A DNA stretch of 64,000 nucleotides, from assembly GCA_000708835.1 (NCBI GenBank), contig DF237406.1, forward strand, positions 1-64,000. Reading direction: 5' to 3'. The number at the start of each line of letters is the position of its first letter. Within the stretch, counting starts at the first letter, position 1. This stretch comes from Klebsormidium nitens (Eukaryota; Plantae; Klebsormidiophyceae). Made by a program: the position numbers and the translations under genes. Shown one piece after another: positions 37,001-49,200 of this stretch. The notes under the pieces are model-generated. The model did not search any database. It worked only from the letters and a program-made list of their open reading frames with translations, and was not told the DNA's origin.

Positions 37001-40000
37001 ATGACGACATCGTACTCCTTCTTTTGGCGCAGCCGCTCAGAGTCGGCTTCCGTGATGATGTGGTTTAGCTTCTCGATTTCCGCCTTCTGGCTCGCGATGG
37101 CGGATTCCGCTTCCGTTACCTGGGTCTGCGTCTTGTTGAGCTCGAAGCGGAGGCTCTCCTTTTCCTTGTCCACCTGCACAAGAATGGCTACATCCTTGAA
37201 AGTGCGAGTCGGATTTCTGAGAATCAGTGTAAATCCTGGGGATGCATTCGGCGAACTCTTCATCGGTCGAGCAAAATCACATCGACTTCTATGCCCGGAA
37301 CCGCCGCTTGACTGTGCTGGATTCAACAACGAATTGCAACAGCGGCCATACTTGCCATGTGAGTCTCGAGCGGAAATCTTTGAATCTTTGCGAAAGTCCT
37401 GAAATGGAGAGGCCTGAAACGTATACTTTCCAACTCCAAGCCATAGAAGCGGAGCAACCGTTCAGATCTTGTTGCATCTATTTTGCAAAATACTTTCAAG
37501 CCAGAAAAGAGGATCGTCCATATTCTCGCACCTTCATGTGGTCGAAGTGTTCCTTCACGAGCGCCAAGTCCTTGGCCCCGATCTCCTCCTTGAGCTGCTC
37601 CACTTGGTGGTTCATGATCTTGAACTTGCGCTTCATCTCCTCGATCTCGTCCTGCAGCGAAGACGGAACTTTCTTGAGGCAAAGGACCTTCGGAGGCTTA
37701 CCATTTCAGCTGTTACATGGTTCTCGTAAGTCGCAGTCTCCGAATGCTCTATGCTTTTCCACATGTCGTCTTCAAAGGTGGCAGACCAAATGGTGAAAAA
37801 AACCTAAACATGAATGGCCCGGTTGCTTCGTTACGAAGAAAGGTGTGAAAGATGCACTTCCCAGCTTCTGAGTCGACTCCGAATCAGTACGCACGGTATG
37901 TAGGCATCCGCTTTTGAAACAATTCGACAGCAGAAAGCTGATTAACCCGGGCTCGGTGCAAGTCTTAGTAAGCGTTGCGACGAATGCCCAAATGTGCATA
38001 TGTCTCTTAACACAGGTCAACCGACACAAGCTGCCTTTAGATCCTACATTTACAAGAGGATAGAAACGCCAAGTTTACTTCTCCAGGTCGGAAAAAGGAG
38101 TTTTCAAAAGGCCTCCGTGTTTACCGGCACCTCAATGAAACAACTAGCAGATCGAGGCTGCGGGCAAACAGGAAGACACGTTCGTCGAACCTGATTGGGG
38201 ACCAGCTACCAAGGCTCGAGACTCCAAAGAACCATTTTTGGAAACTCTGATTTGCTTCAAGACACGCGCGAGTTGGCGCGCGAGCCTGGGAGCGCGCGCT
38301 TTTGTGCCTCGATCTTTGGGTTAACAGTTGGGTTTGAAAAGGATAACACATCAAAGGAAGTATGTCAATACCACGGCTTGAGAGTCCGAAGTGGCAGTCC
38401 TCAAACCCAAAGACTTAAAGCTTCTCCCAAGCATCCTCCGGATTTATGGAGAAATTAGTGAAAGCTACTCAGTCCGATGCTGGGTGAAATCAGTCTAGAT
38501 TAGTGGACACTATATCCGGCAGAATGCTTGGGATAAGCTAACTGTATCAAACGAGCGAGATCAAAACGCCCGCGAGCCTGCGCGGGTGCACCTGTCCTTC
38601 CATGTGGCTCTTGAAGTGGATTTTGCGTCCGGGCAAATCACACAGTCATACCCTCAAGACAAAATGAAGTCCCGAGGCTCAAAGTCGAAACTGCCAGTCC
38701 TCAGCTTCTAGGCCCTCTGAGACGCACCTGCGCCTCAATGAGGTTCTTGGAGTAGAGGTTGCGGTCGGAGCGGACCGCCTCGTACAGGTTCTGCTGCTGC
38801 TTCAGCTTGTTCTCACCGTCTACGATCTTCCTCTGCAGGTCCAGGATCGCCATCTCGCGCACCTTGACCTCCTCAAGAGCCTGCCACGTGGCGCAAGGAC
38901 AGTGAGTGAGGGTGTCAGAGCAGAGGTTTCCCCTCCCCCAATACGAAAAGTCTCGTTCTTCTGAAATCGACGCGCCTGGATCCAGTCTTGACTATTGCAA
39001 GTTCGTTCTTGCTCCCACCCACTTTCACAGCTCTTTAGAAGGATACATGATCGCGCCAAACAGATTCTCAAATGGTGTTTAGCGTCTTGGGTTTAGACGG
39101 CCTCCAGAAAGTCTTCGTCTTGGGTCGGAAACGCAAAAGTCTCTTCAAGCCAGGAAACTCCACACGAAACAATAAACCTCAGCCTAGACGAGTACTCCTC
39201 CTCTTCCGAAAGCCCCTTTCACCACCTCGGCCACTTACCTGCAGATACTTTGCCCCAACCTGCGACGCCTCGGCCCCGTACTTCTCCCTCTCCCTCTCTA
39301 GTTGCAAGATCAGCTTCTGCTGCCGTTCCGCTTCCGCTCGGTAGCCCTGGATCTCCTGCTCCAGGTTCTTCTTCGCGCCCTCGTTAACCCTAACCAAGTC
39401 CTGTTGCTTCGTGGTCGCATTCTCGGCCTGCGTCTTCAGCTTGTTGAGGACGTCGCGCTCGCGCGTAAGCTCGTCCTGCTTCCGCTTCTCCGCGTCCGTG
39501 GCCTTCCGCTGCGCCTCCACGTCACGCTCCAATGCCTGCGGTTAAAGCGAAGTAGTTAGCAGGCTAATGTAGTGGGTTCAAGGGGCCTCTCAGAAGGAGT
39601 TCAAGCGTGAAGAATCCCATCTGCTCGCTGCTTCCGTGGCTCTTCGCTGCTCCTCCAAGTGACGCTGGAGGGCCTATGATATAACAAATCGAGGTTAGCC
39701 GATAAGCTAGTGGGTCAGGAGCATCTGAAAATTGGTTAATGCGCGAAGAGTCCCATCGTCCCTCGACTTCCGTGGCCTTCCGCGCGCCTCCACGTCGCAC
39801 TCTAGGGCCTATAATTATGGAGTTCAAGGTTAGAAGATTCTTCAGACTTCAAGTTTGCAGCTTGGAATTCTAAGTCTGTACCGCTGTTTCTGCACATCCA
39901 CCAGCCCTTTGCTGCAGCAGCTCTGTCTTAAAAAAGTCCGGTAGCTTAACAGATTCTTCAATCCATTTCCGTGCGCATGTCATCCTTCTGCCCCTCCGCT

Positions 40001-43000
40001 TCCTCTTTTTGCTTCTCGAGCTGCTTCATCTCGTTCAACGTCCCCATCTCAAACTTCTAAAACTCCAGATCTACTACAATCGTAAACACGCTCCACAAGC
40101 TGTCAGAATTTTGTAAATGTGAAACCCTCACCATGATCTCCGCGCGCACGTCATCGCTCTGCTTCTTCTACTTTAACTTCTGCTTATCCAGAAGCTTTAT
40201 TTCGTTTACTATCATTTTCTCACAAATGCTGGGGATCAAATACACTTGAAGCTATAGAAGCATGCAAACCCCACAAGAATCCAAAGCATCCCAAACCCCA
40301 ATGTACTCATTTCTCACCTTGGTTTCGGCGCGCACGTCATTCCTTTGCTTCTCCACTTCGGCCTTGTGCTTCTCCAGCAGCTTCATCTTGATTACTGTCT
40401 TCGTCTCAAACTCCTTGACTTCCAGATGGCATTCAAAATAACGAACAAGAATTAATAAGTTCCCAAGCTAAAAGGCAAACCCTTACCATGATCTCAGCCC
40501 GGACGTCATCCCTCTGCTTCTCCACCTCCGTCTTCTGCTTCTCGAGCAGCTTCATCTTGTTCAGCGTCGTTTCCCGCAGCTTGTTCACGCGAACCGCCTC
40601 CAGCTTGATAGACGCGATCTCCTCTTCCTTCAGTTTAAGCTCGACTTGCTTCTGGCTGTTCTCGGCCAGCAGCTGCGTGTTGGTGTGAATCTGCTCCTCC
40701 AGATCTGCGTGCAGCTTTGTCACCTGGGGCACAAAGTTTGATATCCTTCAGAAGAAGAACCAATCAAGTGACAAAAACGAAGGTGTGGGAAAGTGGTATT
40801 AAAGATTCACGGCTGATTGGGTGCGCTCCGTTTCCGTCGTCGTTCCAAGCTAAGGCTTTCGCGAATGGCAAGAGACTGACCACAGAATTCATTGATCACT
40901 GCACGGCCTTTCGCAAGTTTGTGTGCCCTTGCCTGCAGGGTCTTCTGCCTTGTTTACATCTGCCTTTCTGCTTGGAGAAAGAAGGCCTTGTTTGCTCGCG
41001 GGGGTCAAGCGTTTCAGGCACATGATAGTATAAAACGTGTCATCTCTGAGATGATCCAGATACAGTCGCCTAGCGCGTTTACTACACGCTTCGCTCCAAA
41101 GAAGTCGGATGTCATGATTCAAACCCAAGAGACTCTACCTATGTCTAAGTTCGTTGATGCAAGCTAGTGACGCAGAGAGAAGTACGCCTACCTTCTGATT
41201 CAGTCCGTCCAGTTCTTTCTGCCCCTTCTCAGTCGCGCTCTTCTGCTCTTTCAGCATATGCTCCAGCTTGGAGATCTGCTCTTGCCCCAGCGCGATCGAC
41301 CCTTGCTTCGTCTTGATGTCCGCGCTCTTCATCTCCAGCGACGCTTTCAGGTCCTTCAGCTCCTTCTCCATCCGTTCCTTCTTGCGCATCTCCCTGCAAG
41401 AAAAGAATGAAACATCTGAGAATGGTATTGTGTTTCAGGGCGTTCGAGAATGCTACAACTATGCAATCCGTTCCGCTTGCCGCATTCAAGCCTCCAGCGA
41501 CGCTCTCAGGTCCTTCAGCTCTTTCTTAATGCGTTCCTTCTTGCGCATCTCTCCGCTTTTCTTGCCGCAATGCTGTCTCTCAGGGCTGCTAGCCTCGTAA
41601 TCCGTGACAATCAGGTCCTGGTCAAGATCACATATCCTTCTTCCAAATCGTCTGGGTCCTCGAAACCTCAACAGGGTAGGGAACACGGAAAAGCAAGGCG
41701 TCAAAGAACTCTCACCTCTCTTCGTCCGCCTTGCGCTCCGCAAGCTGTCCCGCAGCTTTGCAATGCTCGTGCTCCATCGCAATCCTGTCCTGTTCTGCTA
41801 TTCTGCCCCGCGCCGCTTTTGACCATTCTTTCCTTTTCTTTTCTAGATCAGCTTTCTGACTCCTCATAGTGATTAAGACACAAACTTTTAGAGCAGAAAC
41901 CTTACCTCTCCTCGTCCGCTTTCCTTGCTGCGATGCTGTCCCTCAGTTTCGCAATCTCGTGCTCCATCGCAATCTTGTCTTGCTCTGCCCCGCGCAGCTT
42001 TTGATTGTTGTTGACGACTTCCGTCCGGAGTTGCACGATGAGGTCCACCTGGGAGTCGCGCTCCTTGATCAGCTCCTCCTTCTGCTTCAACAGCTCGTTG
42101 ACCTGCACGGAACGAACGGAATAGTCAACGGAAGAACGGAACGGGGACCGGATGAATGTATTTGCAGTCTATGTGTCTACTTTACCGGTTTGCTGTTAGT
42201 CTCCACCGTATCAGTTTTGTTCAGTCTGCTGCTCCGGTAGGTTCTTGACATACGCACACGAGTATCTCCGTTCCATCTGTTCGAGGAACATTGTAATTAT
42301 TGCATGTTTCGTTTGCAAATATGGTACGATTTTCAAAGAACAGCACAAAGTTGATCTTATCTGTCTAAATCTGCCTTTCTGCACCACTTTGCTCAACAGA
42401 CCGTTCATTGTTTGAGATCGCTCACTGACCGACAGCTCTGCATTCTGTAAAAAGCTCTTTTCAAGACATCGTAGTGAGAAATCGTGGTGCTCTTCGGCCA
42501 ACATAGTGATCAACATCAAGGTGGTCGAAAGCAGCTTGCCCTTCGCCAAGGGCCGTGCTGGGTGCTCGGAGGTCTCTTCCTCTAAACGAGCTCTATGCGC
42601 TGTTTGTTCTACATGAATTCCCTCGTTCCTCGAATCTGTTGGAAAGGCCTTACCGTGTTTTCTTGACCCACGTTGAGGCCTGCCCCCTGCTCCACCAGTC
42701 GGCTCAGGTTTGTTATCTCCAGCTTCAGTTGCCTGCGAACATCAGAGGCACGCGGCCCGATTAGAGGTAAGCTTTTGCGAAGACAACTCTACTTTTCGTT
42801 CGAGTCTTGTAAAAAGCAGAAGTCACATCCAAGGACAAACGACCACAAGCTGCGCGGTAAATACTCAGAATAAGGTCGCCGCGGAGCAAGCAATTGTGAC
42901 ACAAGGCAGCGTAAATGAAAGAAGCGGACGGTAAAAGGCGAGGGATATTCAGGGGACAAGGGGATCTTCAGGCGGTTTTCATTTCTGCGGAAGTATCGGA

Positions 43001-45111
43001 AGACCTATCGAACACACAAAGTGTCAACAATACCCTGTCATCTTTTCATCAGCAAAGCCACAGTAAGGTCTTCGTGCCATTTCCCTGCTCCGCCGCTCCT
43101 TCCTTCTCTCTATTTCTGGCCGGACGCCCTCAGTAGCTCTCTGCACTGACACTGAATAGAGCCCAGAGTGCCATATCTACGTTTCACGGCTCGTTCCCAC
43201 TGATTGCGAAAGCACGCTGGGAATGCATGCTAGTCGAAACGCGAGTAACAACCAGCTTTTCATGCTGTGGTCTCCGCTCGCTCAAGAGGCCTGTTGTGTG
43301 CAGACCGTTCAGGTAATGCGCAGGCGGGTATTGTGGTCTTGGTTCTTCACATTCCCAGATGGCCTATTACAAGTGCAGTAAATAGCAGTCGCTAGATATT
43401 TCTCCTTTGCCTGCAAACTTAACCCCCAACTTTCAAAGCTAGTGTATCAGCATGAAAGTTTCACGTTTGAATTCTGCCAAAAAGTTGAAAGCAATGCAGC
43501 GATGCACTCACTGGATGTTTTCCTTTGCCTTGGCCTCCTTCTCGTGGCTTGCATCCACCATCTTCCATGCCTTTTCGATCTCCTTCTTGAGCGCCCCGAT
43601 GGTTGCCTGGTCTTCCTCGCTCAGCTTGAGCGCCGTCTGCACCTTGGCCGCATTGCTCACGATCTCGTTGTTCAGCTCCCGGCACTTCTTGATCAGCCGC
43701 TTCTCGCTCTCTGCAAAGCGATGGATTAATTTTCAATCACGCGTTCACTCGCCTAAGCTTGCTTCACTGCGCATTGCATCAAAGAGCATAAACAGCGGAG
43801 TTTCGCTCCCTGTGCTGCTTGCCTGCAAGCTGCACCTTTCTATGCTAGTGGAAAAAGAGGGCATTGCCGCGCTTTCCTGACAATTCTTAACCTGCTTCTT
43901 TGTCATCCTTTGCCTTAAGTCGCCATTGCAACTATATCAGGTTTCCTCCTTTTCTACCTGACTTTAAAGTTGAGTCTGGCATCCTATGGAAGTCAGACGG
44001 TATGCCGTTTCAACTGCTCAGGCTGGTAGGAATGCTGAGCACTTTCGCTCCCATTCCTCTGTACTGCGCTAAGCGGGGCGCTAAGACTGAGCTGTCAAAG
44101 GTGTTGAGCTACCCGCCAAGGAACCACTGGGCCCACTGCCATTCTCCCAGATAAAACCAATCTAAGCAACGGTGTGAGACATCCTCATGATTGAGTACGG
44201 TGAATACTCAAGCATGCAACTACTCTAGAGATCTCGTCTTTCTTTTAGCATGGTGCGTCCCTGTGTTTGAGTATATCCTGTGGAGGATGCAAAAAACAAT
44301 TGCTAAAACGCTGTCCCTGAAATGCTGGACACGCACCATGAGACTTCTTGAGTGCCCGGTGGATCTTTTCGTACTCCAACCGGAACCTCTCCAAGCTCTT
44401 GTCTCCTTGGAGCTCCGTCAACACCTGCGCTCAGGCAGCACAAAGATTCACACGGTCAACTGCCTTTGTGGCTTGGAGCAGGCGAAGCCAGGTAAAAGAA
44501 GGTGAAGTAGAAGCTGCTGTGCAGATTAACAGGAGGCGCAATAGCGTCCTGAAAGCATTGAAGAAGACCGGCTTGATTCTGCTTGCCACTTGAAGGGTCA
44601 GATGGTGAAATGCTCATTTTCTGGCCACTTGGAAGTGAGCTCATTGCACTTGCAATGCAGTGATTACGGCAAGCAGCTGCACAGCTTCTACCATTGCACT
44701 TTACCAAATCTCAAGAGCTGAGCCTGTATATGAACGAACCCCACATTTGCTCAATATCTCATCAGCCTGGCACTAGGCAGCTTTTTTGGCAGCAGCCTGG
44801 ACAACCGAGCTGATGCCCCAATAACATGCCACTTTGAGAGATCAGGTTATGAGTTTCCTCCATCCGATCGCCTTCCTCCCGGAAAAGTGTCATTTCTTAA
44901 TTGGCTGCGCAACCTGGCAGTATCATGGGTTCCAGAATTTGAGGTATCGATTCTAGGCGCTACGACTCACCTCCTGAAAGTCCCTCTCAAGGGCCTCGAA
45001 CGCCTTGGTCTCAAACCCCGCTGCAAAGCTGGTGTCCACCAGACCCTTTTTAGGGTCTGAGTCATCCCTGCTTTCCCTAGCCGCATCCTTGTCCGCCCTA
45101 ATGTCTGCCAT
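34044..45111 (-). CDS. CFAP58: Cilia- and flagella-associated protein 58 (CFAP58/CCDC147, FAP58/FAP189 family), 15 exons, 895 aa
   Basis: complement(join(34044..34259,34836..35012,35366..35506,36151..36390,36973..37173,37532..37651,38728..38880,39239..39535,40487..40723,41192..41393,41906..42102,42654..42732,43512..43710,44337..44424,44971..45111)). Motifs: AFEALERDFQEVL, SEKRLIKKCRELN, LYEAVRSDRNLYSKNLIEAQ, ERDILGTQLIRRNDELALLYEKIKIQ, LSEELENPLNVHRWRKLEGS, LARQPGPEVA, C-terminal PRFTGGGF. Confidence 0.92.
35850..36730 (-). repeat. Four degenerate echoes flanking CFAP58 exon 36151..36390 (two of its 5' end, two of its 3' end)
   Basis: gttccgccggatc at 36376 (real), 36538 and 36700. Donor-end copies with exon-end positions at 36001 (RELQYLGRKLLLERMK|gtaaga) and ~35859. 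Confidence 0.85.
39536..40486 (-). repeat. CFAP58 intron containing five degenerate copies of the flanking exon ends
   Basis: Exon-7 3'-end copies at ~40312-40410, ~40128-40200 and ~39965-40045. Exon-8 5'-start copies at ~39620-39677 and ~39755-39812. Confidence 0.85.
41480..41820 (-). repeat. Echoes of CFAP58 exon-5 3' half and exon-6 5' part in the same intron
   Basis: 41716-41815 ~ 41906-42005, ending gaagagag|gtgaga. 41485-41575 ~ 41330-41393 (gagatgcgcaagaaggaacg..gagctgaaggacctga.agcgtcgctggag). Confidence 0.85.
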
Positions 45112-46269
45112 TTTGTCCGCCGTGTTGTGCCCGGCAGGATTAGCTGCAACAAATGGCCCTCAGGCTCATCTCATACCAATCACCTCATGCGTGCTGACTC
45201 CTACAGATTGCTCCCAATCTCCGTTCTTTTGCACCAGAAATACTACAGCTTCCCGAAAGAAGGCGGTCAATCTCGAACTTTGATTCACGCTGCAATCCTC
45301 CATCCATCAGCGAAGGATAACAGGATTGAATGATGTCCTCCTAGCGCAAGGGAGAGGAATTGAAGTTTACAACCCGTTGCCAGAGCCTCCGATGTACGTA
45401 CATATGCGAGCTACCTATAACGCAACGCGAGCAATGCTCGACATGTAATAATTTTAGCGGATGCCCAGGGCCAAGGGCCAAGAAGTGCTGTAGTCCCACA
45501 AAGCCACAAACCGATAAATCTGTGGACTTCTGTACATATTCAGGTCGATTGTACGGGTCCAAAACCAACCGTCACCTACTTTGAAGGAGGTCACAACACA
45601 TTCTCTTTCGCGCGCGTGCACCGGTATCTGGGCGGAACTGGCCCAGCGGAACTCGACAACCGCAGGGACTCGGAGATTGGGGGGATCTGTGACCTACAGC
45701 GGAACCAATTTCAAAGCCAGGCCGGAAAGGTACGTACCTGAAACATACGGCACAAGGGCGCGCGGGCGGTAATCTTACAATTGCAGAGCTCTGGCAAATG
45801 GTGGAAACCGTGAACGCTGCGCTTGCGAGCATTTATCATTATCATTCAAAGAGTGATCCGCCCAGACTTTGGGGGCAGGTTGGAATTAAATCTTGTGGAA
45901 TTTTTTTCGAGCAAAGATTCGTAATGATGTAATACATGCCCATAGGTAGTCTTCGTGCATGGCCACGCAAGTTCAATGTGGCAGCCGCATGCACCTTTGA
46001 GCCATGCGGATAAGAATCTTTTCGCACACAGAGCTCATACATATCAACACCAAGCACTTCGACAAGATGGAGAGCCACTCCAGGAGCAGAAGAGAGAACT
46101 TGTCTGCTTTGCCTCGAGCTGGAATTTTCGGCAATTCCATCTCAACAGGGTGTCTTGCAGGTTCTTTCCTCTCCGCACCAGAAACTTGTCACAGGGCAAA
46201 GCAGGTTGCATTTTCGCTTGGCTGGTGGCAGGGGGTGTTGAGGCCAGAGCAAACCCCAGCAGAACAGAA

Positions 46270-49200
46270 ATGGATGAGCTGGCGCTGACGACAGCCTGCC
46301 CCCACCAGCAACGGCGTGCGTTCGTGAGCTTCCTCACTGGCTCTGGGGACTACGTCAAGGGCGCGGTCGCATTAGCAAAAAGCCTTAGAGCAGTGAACAG
46401 CGCTTACCCCCTCATAGTTGCGGTGACGGAGTGTGTGCCTGTGGCGCACCAGAGGCTGCTGCGGCGGGAGGGGTGTATAGTGCGCGAGGTCGCCAGGGTG
46501 GCGCCCCCTGGGGGAGGGTGCGGCTTTGAGTTTGCGAGGGAGTATTACGCGGTCAACTTTTCGAAGCTACGCATTTGGCAGGTGGGTGTATGATCAAGTA
46601 GAGTCTAAAAGGTTGACAGAAGAGGTCATGTGCATGGCATGGTTCGAACTGCAATTCTCATGGACTCTTCCGCTATATAAAATATAACATTTCACTGTAC
46701 CATGTTGATAGCTGATCAATGCTTTACTCAGGATGGCTTACACATAAACGAGTGCAATTGGTTGTTGGTCTTGCCTGCATCAGCGAAACACCTCTCAGCG
46801 TGCCTCTCAAGAAGAGAAGTAAAGGTGTCTTTTCACACCCAAACCAGTTAAGAAACTTGTCAAGTATCATATGATCTGTCTACAATACCCAGCTCCTTGC
46901 TTCATCTGCAAGAAAAGCTTCAGATCTTCGAAACTCTGAATCAATTCCGGGTTCAGCAATTTCAAGGGACTGGGGCTAAGGCGTGTGAACAGTCCACTCG
47001 CATGGCCACAATCTGTCCTCACATCTTTGCATTTCACTTTTGAAAAGAAGATCTCTCAAGATGAGTCGGCAAACTTTGCTTTGCAAGTCCAAGCGATCAA
47101 TAAGCTGGTTTGTCTGCAGCTCTTACACTCTCTCCCACTCCTCCTGAGCTCCAATCAAGTTCTATTATAGGAACTCTTTCCAGAACATCTAAACAGCTTC
47201 CTCCACCTCAGGAATCCGAAGGAAGCTCATCTGCCCGAACTGCACTGTACTTTTCAATCAGGATGAAGTAGTTTCTTGTTGCTTGCCACTAAGAAGGACC
47301 GCTCATGAAAATCATGTCACATCGAAGTTCGACAATTGGCCGTGTATCTGGACGTCGACATGCTTTCCGGTCGACTGTGATCAAAATAGTTTTTTGATTC
47401 TCTATGTTTGACCTGAAACCATTTGGCAAAAGCGCTCATGCTAGTTGCCCCCAGTTCGACGACTTCGACAAGCTGGTCTACCTGGACGCCGACATGCTCC
47501 TCTTCCAAAACGTGGACGAGCTGTTCAATAGCCCCCCCGGAACGCTCAGCGCCGTCATGGACTGCTTCTGTGCGGGTAAGTGCATCAGTCTGGGAATACT
47601 GTGCGGAAGCTATCCCAGTCGAATACACACGGACGTGTTCTTGTTGAGAGAATTCTCAGAAATACTAAGGAGAGCTTTCCCGAAGAGCATCCCCCGAGAA
47701 GAGTGCTCTTCTACTCAGCCAAGAAACTCTTCGCGTGAAGGAGTGAAGAGAGGGCTCTTCGACCTTTCAGGCTAGATAAAGGAAAATCCTTCATGAAATC
47801 CGGATGCGCTTCATTCGTTTTTAGAAAGTGCTATTCACTTCAATGAGAGGCTTTCCTCGGTATTATATGAGCTGTCGTGATGACCAAAGGACCATTACTA
47901 GGACTTGGTAAAAGCTATGGCGGTCAACACAAATCTTTCAATAGAATCTACTCAACCTCTTTTAGCCTTTCGGAGCGATGAAGACTCCCTTCGAAGGTTC
48001 AACCTGCAAACTTCTGGCGGATTGTGTGTGACTCGACAGACGAGCGACAGGTCGAGACAGCTAGAACTTGTTCGGCCGTAGACCCCAGCGCGCCGTTGAA
48101 GAGTGGCTGGACTTTGCGTGCATTTTTTTTTCCCTTTCGTTCTAGAGGCGCACGAACGCCAGTACGCCCTTGCTGAGATCCATTTCGCTTCTTTTTCGGA
48201 AGCGCTGAAGCCCCTGCGGGCGGAAAAGGGACTGATTTTAATCCCTTTTGTTTGAAAGGAATACGACTCACCAACAAAGAAAAGCGAAACCGAGGCCGTC
48301 TAAAATGTCATTATGTTTCTGGGTGACCGGCTAAATGGTTCTTTCTCTTTGGCAGCGACTCCCGCCATCTGGCACCAGTCCGTTCCCCGGTACAGACCGG
48401 GCTACTGCCAGCAGGTCCCCGACCGGCTGCCTTGGCCGCGGGACGCGCCCAAGCCGGCACCGTACTTCAACGCGGGGATGCTCGTCTTCCAGCCCAGCTG
48501 TGCCGTTTTCGAGTAAGCTCTTTGCCGATGTTTTCCACTTGCAGTCAATTGAGAGAAAAGCATATCACAAAGGGGAAATCTGAAAGGGTAACGCTGTACG
48601 CGCCAAAGGTTTCAGATGTTGAATCCAATGAAATGTGATTCCTGAGTCGCAGCCGCGGAGTTCGTTCGAGGCCCGCCTTAATACGAAAGCGGCCTCGTAC
48701 TTCAACGTGGGGATGCTCCGTTTTCGAGCCCAGCTGCGCAATTTTGAGTGCACTCTCACACAAAACTTCTGCATCCTGAAACTCTCCATGGAACATCGGA
48801 AATGCTTTGGCGGATACGAGCTACTTCGTCAACAGACGTTCTTTGGATGACCATGACTTCTGTTGCTCATCCCGGTTCGATACTGGAGTGTCCGGAACGA
48901 TGTGACCCCGTGTGAGAAACCGAGCCAATCGCAAGGGAACGACCTTCTCTGAACGATCTTGTTCGCAAGACTTCTATTCGCAGCCAGCGCCTGTCTGTTG
49001 AGTGGATTCTTGTAGAACACTTTCTAAAGGACCTTCGTCCACTTTACTTGTAACATGTTTCTTCCCCATCTTTTCGCGCATTTGCCTTCTCCTTTTTCGC
49101 GGTGCCACATTTACTCGTGTTTTGTTTCCCTTCTGTACCCAAGCAGATTGTTTTTGCGCGGAGTAACATCCATATCTGTCACCATTTCTCGCGCAATTTT

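Noticed and set aside
47990-48130. Possible inverted echo of GolS exon 2 (VQPLFNG..LAVSTC vs VDELFNS..SAVMDC)
   Set aside because: Similarity too weak to distinguish from chance by eye.
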